64,000 bases of DNA from Octopus vulgaris (lineage: Eukaryota): contig OX597823.1 in NCBI GenBank assembly GCA_951406725.2, positions 33,542,001 to 33,606,000 on the forward strand. The letters run 5' to 3'. The first letter of the stretch is position 1, and every line of letters starts with the position of its first letter. Position numbers and translations under genes: made by a program. Below are positions 40,661-54,293 of this stretch, piece after piece. Under the pieces are notes generated by a model. The model was given only the letters and a program-made list of their open reading frames with translations, was not told the origin of the DNA and ran no database searches.

Positions 40661-41425
40661 CGCTTTTCCATATTATATATATATGTATTCGCTCTTTTCT
40701 ATATTGTAAGAAAGAATAAAAATTGTTGAAGGAAATATGTATGAAACAGTTACGTAAAGTGAAATATGAAATATGTATGAAAGTTGGTTTATTCTGGGAT
40801 ATGTGAACACAAGGAAAAAATCATCACAGTCAATAACGAAGCAAGGAGAACTGACAACATGTGCACATCAAACTGCTTATTCATGAAACAACGAAAAAAA
40901 ATTCATTCTTACTTAATTCAAAAGTGTGTATAAAAGGAATTAAGTATGATTGCCAAAACCCCCATCAGTTATCCAGCATTTCCCTGCGACTTGGTTAAGA
41001 AAGAGTAAAAGATAAAAGACAGAATCAGAACAAAAGAGATGAGTCGGTCAGTTGTCAGCGACGAGTTGTAGAAAATTTGGTAAATGTCTTGGAAGCTCCA
41101 CTGTATGTCTCTGTTTCTCACGAAAGGCATGTCTTAAATAAGGCCGAATGTTATCTGTTATTAATGTGTGAACAGATCAAGGTTCAGAGAATTCTATTGT
41201 TTCTCTCAGCCCATGAAAATTTTCTGCTTCCAACTAGTTTTCTAGGAACCATCTCGTTTCTCAATGGCCATTTTGGATTTTCTTTTCAATAGAAAAGGCG
41301 CAAGTATGGCTATGTGATAAGAAGTTTGCTTTCCAGCCACATGGCTCCGGGTTCAGTCCTGGTGCACAGCATCTACGTGGATTTGGTAGACGGAAACTGA
41401 AAGAAACTAGTCGCGTGTGTTGGTG

Positions 41426-41454
<29 letters not shown>

Positions 41455-41458
<4 letters not shown>

Positions 41459-43387
41459 TGTTATATTTCGGAATGGTCATATTGCCAGTTTAGCCAATAA
41501 AAACACACGCACTATATATTTGGTGTTATTTTGCTTCAGTGATATTTATTTTTTACATTAATCTTAATCTTATTTCGGCCAGAGTTCTTTCGTCACACTC
41601 CTGTGACCGCATCAGTGGTCCTTTGTTTTCTTCTTTCGTATTTGTGTCTCTCCTTACTAACCGTCAGCCATTTTGTATTTCTATTGTATGTCTTCATTTG
41701 CGCATGCTTATATCTCTATGTGCGTCTATGTTTATTTAGTGTGTGTGTGTAGGGGATGCCTGTAATATTTGTATCTTCTGTTTATATACATTCATGTAAT
41801 TTGTATTTTGTTTTTGTTGTTGTTGCTTTTGTTCTAATTTTGTTCATGTGTTTACATCCACCCATTATTATCATTACATATGCTTGTATGTATGTATAAC
41901 AACAATATTAGTAATAATAATAATAAATCTAATCGAAAAAAAAAATATATATACATATACACATATATATACACATATACATATATATATATATATATAC
42001 ATATATATACATACATATACATATATAGACATATATACATATATATAGTTATTCATTTTTATTTGTTTATTTATCTGTGTATTTATTTATTATGTTTTCG
42101 GGATCCTCTATCGTCATGTGTTGTGGTGTGTGCTATTGCTCCATTCTAGTTTTCTATTCAGGATAGGTTTATTTTCTATTATATGTGTAGCTTCTGTAAT
42201 TTGTCTAATTGTTGTATCTGTTCTATGTGTGGACAATATCTTAATCTCTATGTTATTGATTGATCCCCCGTGTTCCTGTTCGGCGTGTTGGTACAGAATC
42301 GATGAGCTTTTACCTTCCTTGAGTTGTCTCCAATGTTCATTCACCCGCTCTCCTATGCTTCTTGCCGTTCCCCCTACGTATGTTATTGTCTTGTTACTGC
42401 ATCGTCCCTCTATACATCTTATACTATAGACTACATTTCTGGCTTTACAGTTTGTTTGTGGGCTAAATCTACATACAGTGCAATAGTTATCCGTACAGAG
42501 GGTTTTACTAAAAGGATAGGTTCTACCAATTAAAGATTTGATAGGGTTGCCTGGCTTTTCAACAACCTTAATTCTTAGTTTAAGTTTATCTAGGGTCCTT
42601 CTAAAGCGGTACGCCAGTTCACCTCCAGGGGTGGTGTCAACAAACATGACACTCTGGTATTTATGGCTATCATACCAAGAGTTGGCCTTCCCTATTTTCT
42701 TTTTTGTCCTTTCTATAGTGTTCCATGACTTGTTCCTATAGAGTGGGCAAATCCCATTCCTATCATTACATAATATATTATCAAATTTCTTCATGGCTCC
42801 TTTGTATACTCTGATCCTTTCTTTATGGCTGTAACCTGAGAACTGCATACAGTATTTCATTCACCGCATGCAGTTCTCAGGTTACAGCCATAAAGAAAGG
42901 ATCAGAGTATACAAAGGAGCCATGAAGAAATTTGATAATATAACTATTTCATACATATTTCCTTCAACAATTTTTATTCATTCTTACAATACAGAAAAGA
43001 GCGAATACATATATATATATAATATGGAAAACAAAATACAAATTACATGAATGTATATAAACAGAAGATACAAATATTACAGGCATCCCCTACACACACA
43101 CACTAAATAAACATAGACGCACATAGAGATATAAGCATGCGCAAATGAAGACATACAATAGAAATACAAAATGGCTGACGGTTAGTAAGGAGAGACACAA
43201 ATACGAAAGAAGAAAACAAAGGACCACTGATGCGGTCACAGGAGTGTGACGAAAGAACTCTGGCCGAAATAAGATTAAGATTAATGTAAAAAATAAATAT
43301 CACTGAAGCAAAATAACACCAAATATATAGTGCGTGTGTTTTTATTGGCTAAACTGGCAATATGACCATTCCGAAATATAACAATAT
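41455..43387 (-). mobile_element. 5'-truncated Penelope element with inverted 360-bp pseudo-LTRs
   Basis: ORF 42114-42860 (NVVYSIRC, YVGGTARSIGERVNEH, RQITEA: GIY-YIG); 41455-41814 is the reverse complement of 43028-43387. Confidence 0.92.
43221..43265 (+). ncRNA. Hammerhead-like motif in the pLTR (mirror copy at 41577-41621, minus strand)
   Basis: cca CTGATGCG gtcac-aggagt-gtgac GAAA gaac TC tgg; position A9 is non-canonical. Confidence 0.6.
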
Positions 43388-43441
43388 CTGTTTCAACACA
43401 CGAATTCACATAAAAAATCTTGCACAACAAATATTTAAACG

Positions 43442-43497
<56 letters not shown>

Positions 43498-43749
43498 GTG
43501 TGTGTTCATTGTGTGCTTGTGTGTATCTGTGTGTATTTGTAAGTGAGTGTGCGCGCGCGCGTGTGTATGTGTGTCTTTATGTCAGTGTTTGTCTTACAAC
43601 CGCCACTTGACCACAGTTGTTGGTGTGTTTACATCGCAATAACTTAGAAGTTCGGCAAAAATAAATACCAGGCTTAAAAAAGGACTAGAGTCAATTCGTT
43701 CGACTAAGAATCTTCAAGGCGGTGTCCCAGCATGGCCGCAGTCTAATAC

Positions 43750-44150
43750 AAACCGACAACTGTCTCCTGAATAAAGTTGCCTGGGAAAAGAACTGGTGTA
43801 CAAGGCTAGCATCACTTGTATGAATGGAACACTGAAATCTGGATTGGAATGAATGGAAATATCTTCAAGGAAAGACATACGCAACACTTGGTTTCGTTTA
43901 AAGACAAGAACAAGAGACATGCACATGCAGCATATTTATACTACATGGTTTGGCCCCTTAAAGAGAGAGGTGTGAACAACCCCCATATAAATTGGTGCAC
44001 TGTAGCTAAGGCTAACAAATATTGGGGAGCAGTCAGTAATTGCAACCTCTGTAACAGAGAATTTAATTATCATAACATCAACAACAAACATGTTGAACAA
44101 TAGGGATAAAGGCTACACCTTTTGCACACACAAACAACAATATAAACTTT
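43750..44150 (+). mobile_element. Penelope-like GIY-YIG fragment
   Basis: CLGKELVYKA, WIGM..FKERHTQHLVSF, VWPLK, CNLCNRE. Confidence 0.75.
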
Positions 44151-44585
44151 GAAACTTCGAACATGACCCTTACCCAGCTTTCTACCTATCCAACTTGGAT
44201 AAATTACAGACATATACCCAAGGAACTCATGCTAGAATTCTTAGCTACAGACATATGTATAACACATATTCATGACATTGCATGATCAACAATAATATAC
44301 GAATAAAGATATAAGTGAAAAATGTATGCAAATGAACAATATCTTGGTGAATTTTCAAATTCAGAGAATAATTTTACGTTCGAAACTGGTAATATGCATA
44401 TGCTCAAACATCAACAAAACGCATGCTGTATGTATGCATGTATGTATGTATGTATGTATGTATGTATGTATGTATGTATGTATGTATGTATGTATGTATG
44501 TATGTATGTACGTACGCACGTATGTATGTATGTATGTATGTGCTTACGCACGTACGTATGTACTATGTACGTACGACGTACGTAC

Positions 44586-44661
<76 letters not shown>

Positions 44662-44670
44662 GTATATATG

Positions 44671-44756
44671 ACTCTCTGATGAAGCTTTGGAGTTCAATTT
44701 TTATATATGTCAATTGTAGCATACTGGATCCCCAAAGTAGAAGCAACTGTAAGAGT
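44671..44756 (+). ncRNA. Hammerhead motif downstream of the PLE fragment
   Basis: actct CTGATGA a gctttgg...ccaaagt a GAAG caactg TA agagt (GAAA changed to GAAG). Confidence 0.62.
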
Positions 44757-45042
44757 GGAGTTATATTTACTTATTTATTTATTCCTATGACTATAGTAAA
44801 TAAATCTTACTGATCTTTGTCAATTGAATCTCTTCTCCATTTTCTTCTTTGCCTTATATAAATTCTGGATAAACTCTTATTTACCTCTACTTATGCCTAT
44901 TATTCAATTGTACTATTGCCTTGCAACACTAGGCCTTTGAATATAAATAGGTATCCCTCTAGTAGTATATTGGATAATTATTATCCCTTAGATGGTTGTC
45001 TAACCTCTAACTCCAATATATATATAAATATATATATATAGG

Positions 45043-45094
<52 letters not shown>

Positions 45095-45122
45095 AAAAAG
45101 GAGATGTGGAACACGAGTTGTG

Positions 45123-45323
45123 ATATATATAAAAGGAAATGAAGAAAATGCTGACAAAATAATTTAAGTAATTTAAGTAATTTAATTAGGTGTAAGTTCT
45201 TTTTACCGGTTGCGCATTTGTTATGCTTATCAAAAGATTAGAGTTCCTTTCTGATAGAAAGGAACTCTAACCTTTTGATAAGCATAACAAATGCGCAACC
45301 GGTAAAAAGAACTTCTTCATTTC

Positions 45324-45336
<13 letters not shown>
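45123..45336. repeat. Palindrome (59-bp arms, 3-nt loop, bulged outer extension) with U3-A8 hammerhead-like motif
   Basis: 45194-45252 / 45256-45314; TTGATAA gcat-aacaa-atgc GCAA ccgg TA. Confidence 0.8.
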
Positions 45337-45368
<32 letters not shown>

Positions 45369-45839
45369 AAATAATGGCGGGTAGTAAGAATAGAGATGAG
45401 GTATTTCATATTTCATCCCAAGATTCAACTTCACAGCCAGTGATATAACACTTTTCCCTTTTCTTTAAACAGACGACAATTTCGTGTTCAGGCATTCGCA
45501 ATAACCGTTAATAAAGTGCATGTTTTTTCATTTTATTTCGTAATAATGGCCGACACATTTAATTGTGATAAACGTATTTCATGTCATTTAATCACAGAAT
45601 GTGTGCACTCGACGCAGTCTATAAAAACGGCGTATTGTTATCTAATAGGGCATAATAAAAACCTAAGTTTGGATAACTTCCGAGGGGATCATAGTTAGGT
45701 TCAAATGTTTAACGGCACTCCTTGTATGTAAATTTGTGTGTGATAATATATTTGTGTGTGTATGTATGTATGTATTATATATGTGTGCGTGTGTGTATAT
45801 GTATGCATATTTGTATGTATTTATGTATGTACGTATGTA

Positions 45840-46918
45840 TGCCATTATTCAGTTTTATTTCAAGATTTCTTGCCAATAGAGAAAGAACCGGTTTCTAACC
45901 TAGATCCAAGGTTCCCTCATTGGAATTTCAACATCAGCAACAGGGTATTTTTGTATGTATGTAAATTTGCATGTTTTGCTTTATGTATGTATTTTCATGC
46001 ATAGAGTTACATATCTAGACATGCTCATATATATTTGAATGATAAACTTTTGCAAGGTTTTACAGATTTTTACAGTTCCAGTGATAGATTGGACCACTAG
46101 TCTTCGAATCAGCTTTCTCATTTTCTGGCTTTGAGAAGCCTAATTTCTCAAGATTAGTATTTAGGCAGTGTATGTATGCATGTATGTCATTGTTCAGTTT
46201 TATTCAAGATTTCTTGCTAATAGAGAAAGAGCCAGTTTCTTACCTAGGCTCAAGGAACCTTCATTGGAATTTCAACATCAACAACAGGTTATGTATGTAT
46301 GTATGTATGTATGTATGTATGTATGTATGTATGTATGTATATGTGCAGATTTGTATTTTTTGTTTTATGCTATATATTCTTATGCATATTGTTGCATATC
46401 TAGACATGCTCATATATACATTTAAATGATAAATTTCTAGAAAGTTTTACAGATTTTTACAGTTCCAGGGATGGATTGGATCAGTAGTCTTCGAGTTAGC
46501 TTTCTCCTTTCTGGTTTTGAGAAGCCTAATTTTTCAAGATTGGCATTTAGGCAGTGTGTTACATGTCCCAGGGTCCTAATAATGACAGGTATAAATTTGA
46601 ACTTGTAATCTGGATTGAGTAACTGCAGATTTCTCAATAGTTCAGCATAAGTGTTCTGTTTTTCACTGATCTTCAGCTTTATGTTAACATCCACTGGGCA
46701 GCTAATTTCCACAACTGTTCCCAGTTTCTCTTTTCTATCCCAAATCATTATATCAGATCTGCTGTGCTTACATTTTATGTATGTATGTATGTATGTATGT
46801 ATGTATGTATGTATGTATGTATGTATGTATGTATGTATGCATGTATGTATGTCATTATGCAGTTTATTTCAAGATTTCTTGCCAATAGAGAAAGAACCGT
46901 TTTCTAATCGAGATCCAG
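45840..46918 (-). mobile_element. Tandem 3' ends of an R4/Dong-like REL-endonuclease LINE in (TATG)n
   Basis: ORF 46437-46748 (IWDRKEK..VVEISCP.D..EK..Y..L..IPVII..LG); three 3' ends, each followed by (ATAC)n. Confidence 0.8.
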
Positions 46919-46919
46919 T

Positions 46920-47524
46920 ACTGGCTAAGAAGAAATATATTCACAGACACGACAGAGTTGGGACCTATATACGCTGGAATCTATGCCAACACCAAGGAAT
47001 AACAACAGAAAAAAGATGGTATAGGCACACGCCAGAAAAGGTCATAGAAAATGAGAAAGTAACCATACTCTGAGATATACCAATACACACAGATAGAGAA
47101 ATTAAGGCCAATAAGCCGGATATAGTTGTCAGAGATCATGAAGAAAAAATGCTTTCTAATCGATGTATCAATACAAACAGATGACAGCGTTTCTCTAAAA
47201 GAAACGGAGAAACTTTCGAAATACAAAGGCTGCAGGTAGTAAGCCCACTACGCATGTAAGACTCCAGGAGCACCAACAAAACTTGTGATAAAGAGAAATA
47301 ATAATAACAATAATTATCATTATTTCAAATTTTTATCACAAAGGCAGCTTGGGGGAGGCGGGGATGAGTCGATTACCTTGACCCCAGTGTTCAACTGGTA
47401 CTTATTTTATAGACCCTGAAAGGATGAAAGGCAAAGTCAACCTCCGCTGAATTTGAACTCAGAACGACGCGGCGGGCGTTAAGCATTTCGTCCAGTGTGC
47501 TAACGATTCTACAAGCTCGCCGCC

Positions 47525-47585
<61 letters not shown>

Positions 47586-48130
47586 TAAAAATATTAATGT
47601 CTAAGCACAGACATGACTATGTAGGTAAAAGAGTGTATGGGATGTTAGCCGAATGTGTGGTTTCAAAGGAACAGAAAAATGGCTATGAACACGAACCAGA
47701 GGCTATGATAGAAAATGAAAGTTACTGGATCTTGTGGGACATCCCCATTAAGACTGACCATAGTAATAAAGCATGAAGACCAGATATGACTATAGAGGAC
47801 AAAATAAACAAACTGTTAGATCATAGATTTTGCAATTCCTTTCGATAGCAGATATTAAAGAAACTGGAAAAAAAAAAAAAAGAGAAATGTCAGGATCTGG
47901 CCAGAGAGCTGAGGAGTCTGTGGAAGACGAAGACAACAATTATTCCTGTAGAAACTGGTGCACTTGGCACAAAACCCCAAAATTGTCACCTAAAAGACTG
48001 AAAGAGATTGGAATTGAAGCTCGCATTGTCGATCTGCAGAAAAGAATCCTAAGAAAGATTCTTGAGATCTGAGGAGACTTGGTGTCACCAGACCCCAAGA
48101 AAAAATACCTGCTAACTAAATTAGCATGAG
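46920..48130 (+). mobile_element. R4/Dong-like REL domain fragments (two copies) with a SINE A between them
   Basis: RHDRVG..IRW.LC, RHTPEKVIENE..IL*D, ANKPDIVV; second copy RHDYVG, HEPE..IENE..ILWD..RPD. Confidence 0.75.
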
Positions 48131-48530
48131 CTAGCGAAATAATAATAATGATGATAACAACAACAATAATAATAATAATAATAATAAAACATTGTTTTAT
48201 AGACTGCGTCGAGTGCACACATTCTGTGATTAAATGACATGAAATAAGTTTATCACAATTAAATATGTCGGCCATTATTATGAAATAAAATGAAGAAAAC
48301 ATGCAATTTATTAACGGTTATTGCGAATGCTTGAACACGAAATTGTCGTCTGTTTAAAAAAAAAAAAGGGAAAACTATTATATCACTGGCTGTGAAGTTG
48401 AATCTTGGGATGAAATATGAAATACCTCATCTCTCTTCTTACTACCCGCCATTATTTACCCATATGTATGTGTGTGTGCGCGTGTGCATGTGTATATGTA
48501 TAAATGTATGTAAGCATGCCTCTATGCATG

Positions 48531-48573
<43 letters not shown>

Positions 48574-48929
48574 TGTCCAACATCGATAATAAAAACCTAA
48601 CAACATACGCCAGAGATTTTATTCCATCCGACTATGATATTTGATCTTTATTCTACATTGAAGCCGTAAAAGCAAGTGTTTTCACACGCACAATACAGTA
48701 CATATCTAACACGTCACAAGCCAATAGTAAAAAAAAAAGGAAAGTCATCTGGTTCAACTCACTTTTCGGCCTAAACATAACTACAAATGTTGCACGCATC
48801 TTCCATATAATCATTAAGCAACAAAATCATATCAGGGCATGCGCAAGTCTTCGATTCATACAACAACGCTCACATTCAACAATGCAGACAACTTTTCAAT
48901 CTTCTCTAACATTCCCCATCATTCACGCC

Positions 48930-48979
<50 letters not shown>

Positions 48980-48996
48980 TAGACAGACAGACAGAC

Positions 48997-49060
<64 letters not shown>

Positions 49061-49149
49061 GGATAGATGGATGGATGGATAATTTGTCACGTGATGACTT
49101 GTGGTAAATATTTTATATCTTCTACACGTGAGAACTATTCTCCCGATTT

Positions 49150-49503
49150 TTACAGATCCAATCCATCACTGGAACTGCAAAAATCTGTAAAACTTTCCAG
49201 AAGTTTGTAATTTAAATATATATGAACATGTCTAGATATGCAACTATATGCATGAGAATGCATACATAAAACATACATACATACACACATACATACATAC
49301 ATACATTCATACATACATACATACATACATACATACATACATACATACATACATACATACATACATACATACATACATAAATACATACATACATACATAC
49401 CCTGTTGTTGTTGAAATTCCAATGAAGAAACCTTGGATCTAGGTTAGAAATCAGTTCTTTCTTTATTGGCTAGAAATCTTGAAATAAACTGAATAATGAC
49501 ATC
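49150..49503 (+). mobile_element. 3' end of the same R4-like family as 45840-46918
   Basis: Reverse-complement match ending gaataatgacat. Confidence 0.8.
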
Positions 49504-49547
49504 GATAATTAGACACACATTTTCTCTCTCTGCTTATTTATGTGTTC

Positions 49548-49583
49548 CTTTCTGTTGAAGAGCGTAGGCTCGAAACATAAAAG
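49548..49583 (+). ncRNA. Degenerate hammerhead-like motif
   Basis: cttt CTGTTGA a gagc-gtag-gctc GAAA ca TA aaag; a more decayed relative lies near 16885-16920. Confidence 0.45.
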
Positions 49584-50239
49584 ACTTTCTCACTTCCCGA
49601 GTGTTAATCTAATACATCTGCTTGTTGTTTACACACCCGTCTTCGTCTTTTGTTTTGTTTTTCTTTTGTAAATTCCAATGCATATATAAATATGTGTGTA
49701 TGTATATGTAAATATATACATACACATGCATATCAACATACATAAATGTATGCATGCACGCATGCATGCATGCCTAGATGGTAGAAGTCAACTTGTGACC
49801 GAATAACACCATTTCCTAAACTCAGTAAGTCCGTACAAACGTTCCGAGAGTCCAAGAAGTTCACATGTGTGACTTTGGCTTGAACGGATAAAGTGTTGCA
49901 CAGGATTGAGCATACTTCTTAGTGCAATCAGCCATTAAACCAGTGGTACAACAGGGGTTGAGACGACCAGAAACCAACTGCACTTCAGGTATTTTTTACG
50001 CGAGTTAACTTTCTAGAAAAAAGTTCTAACTAGGACGAGAGGGCTTCACATCCAATGGTTCACATGCTAATTAACCCATACATGGGGCCCGGGTCAGGGT
50101 AGACTTGAGAACAATGGTGGACAAGATGTGGGTTCATATACCCCCAAACCCTTGAACTTCGGTATCAGTGCCCCACTACCGCATGCAGTTTAAAGACACA
50201 CCCAGGACAACATACATACATACATACATACATACAAGA

Positions 50240-51130
50240 ACAGTAGCCAACCTGGATTTGCAATAAATACATCACATATCACCTTTAGAAGGCTACGCCG
50301 TTGCTATTCAGGAACAGGAGTTAACTTCTAAATACCAAAGCAAGAAAGCAAAGGATGCCTCTAGATTTTCTAGTTGTGACAGAAAGTTTCGATTGCGTCA
50401 TACCAGTGTGGAGGATATCATCATCATCATCAGTAGCTGTCCAAGAAAGTCCACAAGATAAATTTCCGTCAACTGCAACACTGACAAGATTTACGTTAAA
50501 CTAGGGAATGGAGGCAGAGGCATAAGATATGTCCTGGCGACTTTTTTTTAGTGCTTCTTTCTGTCACTGGGACAACACCTATTGAATAATAAAGAGAGTA
50601 ATGACTACTTCACGTGAGTACTTCAACAGCAAATGTAATGACATCATGAGATTTGGCGAAGAATATCTGAACAGATACTTTGAGTATATAGCTGTTCCAT
50701 AAGAACGAAAGGTGGATGGACTGACCAACTTGAGCAGAGCCTTGGAGGAGAGATACTCATCATACCAGCAGAAATTATGCATGAGCACATATCCTGCAAG
50801 CTAGAGAGTGGCAACAACATTGATAGGGATGGTGACCTCTCCTGGATCTTCAACAACGATATCACATCTTACCTACAAGAATATGTCTTTATTATCTAAG
50901 AGCGGGAGAGAGTTACAAAATACCTGATCAACAAGAGAGACAAGCTTACCTCTAGTTCGCCACGCTGCAATTAAAAATGTCGATTGTGCCATTCCAGTAT
51001 CGAGAATGTCACCTGTATTATTGCCCTTCTAAAAGTCTCCAACAGATATTACCTTCCCATGAGACATGGGATTGTCCCTAAGACCCTATACAATCCAACA
51101 CGCTGAACGCATTGCCCTGAAGGCCATGTC
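50240..51130 (+). pseudogene. Decayed R4-like LINE fragments (post-RT and zinc-knuckle region)
   Basis: EGYAVAIQEQE, DKIYVKLGNGGRG, KCRLCHSSIE...RYYLPMRH. Confidence 0.65.
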
Positions 51131-51414
51131 AAAAGTACACCCGAAACAGAATGTGTCCACACCTTCAAAATAATAATAAAAAATACTGGTAGAACATAAA
51201 AATAAAATAAAAGCAGCAACTCAGGATAAGTACAATAGGCCAGATATTGTTCTATAGCCCAAGGAATAAAAGTCATGTATTGTTGTAGAGACCAGTCACC
51301 CGGCAGATGTGAATACTTAGTCAAAAATTGGGAAAAATGAGATAAATGGAAAACTAATGAAAAACTTAGAACTATTACGTATAGGCAATAAATTTTCATC
51401 TCACTGGGCTATCT

Positions 51415-51710
51415 AACATCTGGTCGATCCAATCAACAGAACAGCCGGCTCATGAAATTAACGTGCAAGTGGCTGAGCACTCCACAGTCACATGTACCCT
51501 TAATGTAGTTCTCAGAGATATTCAGCGTGACACAGAGTGTGACAAGGCTGGCCCCATTGAATTAATGGTACAACTCATTTTTGTCAGCTGAGTGGACTGG
51601 AGCAACGAGAAATAAAGGACCTTGCTCGAGGACACAACGCGGCGCCGAGAATCGAACTCACGGCCTTCCCATCATAAGCCGATTGCCCTGACCACTAAAC
51701 CACGCCCCTT
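51415..51710 (-). mobile_element. SINE family B
   Basis: Collinear with 24665-24987. Confidence 0.8.
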
Positions 51711-53488
51711 CATGTAACACCATGTTGACATAAAAGCCTAAAAATGCTGGGGGTTCTCCAACTGAAATAGATTGCTTTTCCTTGACAAACGTCGGCAGAT
51801 TCAGGAAAAAAGGATCGGACAATGAAATATGATAATGAAATGCAAAATGAAGTGTTAATTCACAAACCCCCGACTACGACTTAATGAAATGTTATCTAAG
51901 GTCTACGAGAACTCTCAGCGAGTGACACTAACAGGTAAGTTAATTGTCTTTAAACACAAAATGCGAGCGGTAAGTGAAAAACTTCGGTATCGTTAGAAAT
52001 TACTTGAATCGTATGGTCATCCATCAATCATGGGTTTGCACAAGCAGGATGTTCGCAATATGGAAAGCCATACCAACAAGTTCATCAAATCTCCTCCTCA
52101 AAATTATCTTGAGTAATTTTGAGGTGCGGTGCGATCTGGAATGTAAACAAACAACGCAATAACAATGCAGTGTGGTGGTGAAGTGAGTTACGGAGTGAGT
52201 AATATGCAAACGTCTCTCCCCAAAACATGATATTACCAGAGAAACACTCCTAACACTTGTTGCAAAAATACCGAATGAAAAGATCATCTGGAAGAGAAGT
52301 GATAGTTGGTTATGGGTCGAGAAAGCTTGCGTTCTACAGAATAGCCGTCGTTAGCCTGCTTAAAAGAGCAATGAACGTTGGGTTTGATGTATGAAACCAG
52401 CTGGCAGCTGCGCGCACAGCGCTAGCGAAAAACCAGAGATGCATGTGGCCAAACGCATTCGTCTCATAACATGTCTGAATGTAATATATACTTTATACAA
52501 CATGGTCCACAGAGTTATCGGTAAGAAACCAAGTTACTACTTCTGTCACTAAGAGAATTAGGGCATCACCTGGAATATTCCAGGATGACAGGTAATCTTT
52601 AATGTTTTCCGCCCCAGCAATGAGCATCATGTCAGTCTAGGGATTTTGACCTTTAAATTTTGAGAAAAAAATGCGGATTATACTCGAGAATTTACGGTAC
52701 TTTGGTATATTAAAACACAAAACTTAGGGGTGGGGATGGTCTCTTTATATTTTCCCCAGGTATTATGGCTAAAATATGCGATGCGATACACTGTTTTGTA
52801 GTACTGGTATATTCTACAAAACGAGAAAGATGTAGTCATTGTTTCGTCTTCCAGATGCATACAGAGATAAATAATTTTGCATAGGTAGAATGATTAGAGG
52901 AGGTCTTCGCGGTCATTTTAAGACCAAAACCAGCTTTCTAACTCCAGTTCTTGCTGAGATATCACATTCTGAAAGTCGCCTGCGTTTTTCATAGTTTTTA
53001 AGTTGTGGCGCCTACGACAGTCTCTTTTACTAAACGTCTTTGTACTTACGAGTGTTATTATCATAGGTCCACTTAAGGCGGTGAGTGGTATTTCGCTCGT
53101 CGCTATGCGACTTTGCCTTTCATCCTTTCGGGGTCGATAAATTAGATACCAGTCAAGTACTGGGGTTGATGTAATCGACTAGTTCCCCTCTCCACAAATT
53201 CCAGGCCTTGTGCCTATAGTAGAAAGGATTATCGTAGGTCCACTGGACCATGAAACAATTGATCCGCACAAAAGCTTTGGAATGCTGTGAGTTCTCCAAA
53301 CGAGAACAGAGCAAACTGACTCGCATTTTCCAAACGCGATCGATTAGAGATGCAACGAAAATTTGTAAAACATTTCATGGATTCTCCATTTGAAGTTATT
53401 GGATTGAACACAAGCACGCAGTCACGAGTGCATAGGGAATGCATGCAGTCAGACGTCCAAACACATGCACATAAACAGCATTGAAGCG

Positions 53489-53538
<50 letters not shown>

Positions 53539-53825
53539 ACTAAAATAACATGCGCATTGAGTGCAAGTTTATACACTTAGATATGTACAAACACTCGCTT
53601 ACGCATGTATGCACACACATACATATGAACACGCGGCATCCAGTTCAGATATCCTCACATTTCAAGAGCTGTCTTGACTTAAATTCAAGAGCTTTGTTAC
53701 TTTTGTAGTTGTCCATTTGAATTTGGTAAAGGAAAAACTTACAAAAACCCTAAGGATACACAGACACACATACATCGATTTCTTTTTACATTTGCGTAAC
53801 TCGAAGAAGATAAATCTATAAATAT

Positions 53826-54293
53826 TGGTTTCAAATTATGGCACAAGGCTAGTATTTTCAGGGGAGGAAGTACGTCAATTAAATCGACCCCAATACGCAA
53901 CTGGTACTTATTTTATCGATCTTGAAAGGATGAAAGGCAAAATCAACCTCGGCGGCGTTTGATCTCAAAACGTGAAGGTGGGCGAAATGGTGCAGAGCAT
54001 TTTACTTGGCGTGCTAGTGGTTCTGCCAGCTCGCCGCCATAGGTAAATCTATAAATATATATTTCTTTATTGCCCACAGGGTGCTAAACATAGAGGGGAC
54101 AAACAAGGACAGAGAAATGGATTAAGTCGATTACATCGATCCCAGTGTGTAACTGGTACTTATTTAATCGACCCCGAAAGAATGAAAAGGAAAGTCGACC
54201 TCGGAGGAATTTGAACCCAGAACATAACGGCAGACGAAATACAGCTAAGCATTTCGCCCGGCGTGCTAACGATTCTGCCAGCTCGTCGCCCTG
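53826..54293 (-). mobile_element. Two adjacent SINE A copies, the second inserted at the TSD of the first
   Basis: TSD taaatctataaatat at 53811-53825 / 54044-54058; ataaatat repeated at 54294. Confidence 0.82.

Larger units (their letters stand above)
45369..48457. repeat. ~260-bp inverted repeats flanking 2.6 kb of nested retroelement fragments
   Basis: 45369-45626 is approximately the reverse complement of 48195-48457. Confidence 0.85.

Noticed and set aside
52400-52526. Possible 5'-UTR exon ending at tcg|gtaaga with two CAGCTG E-boxes
   Set aside because: Short motifs expected by chance; no independent support.
52668-52699. pogo/Tigger-like TIR
   Set aside because: No partner TIR or transposase found.
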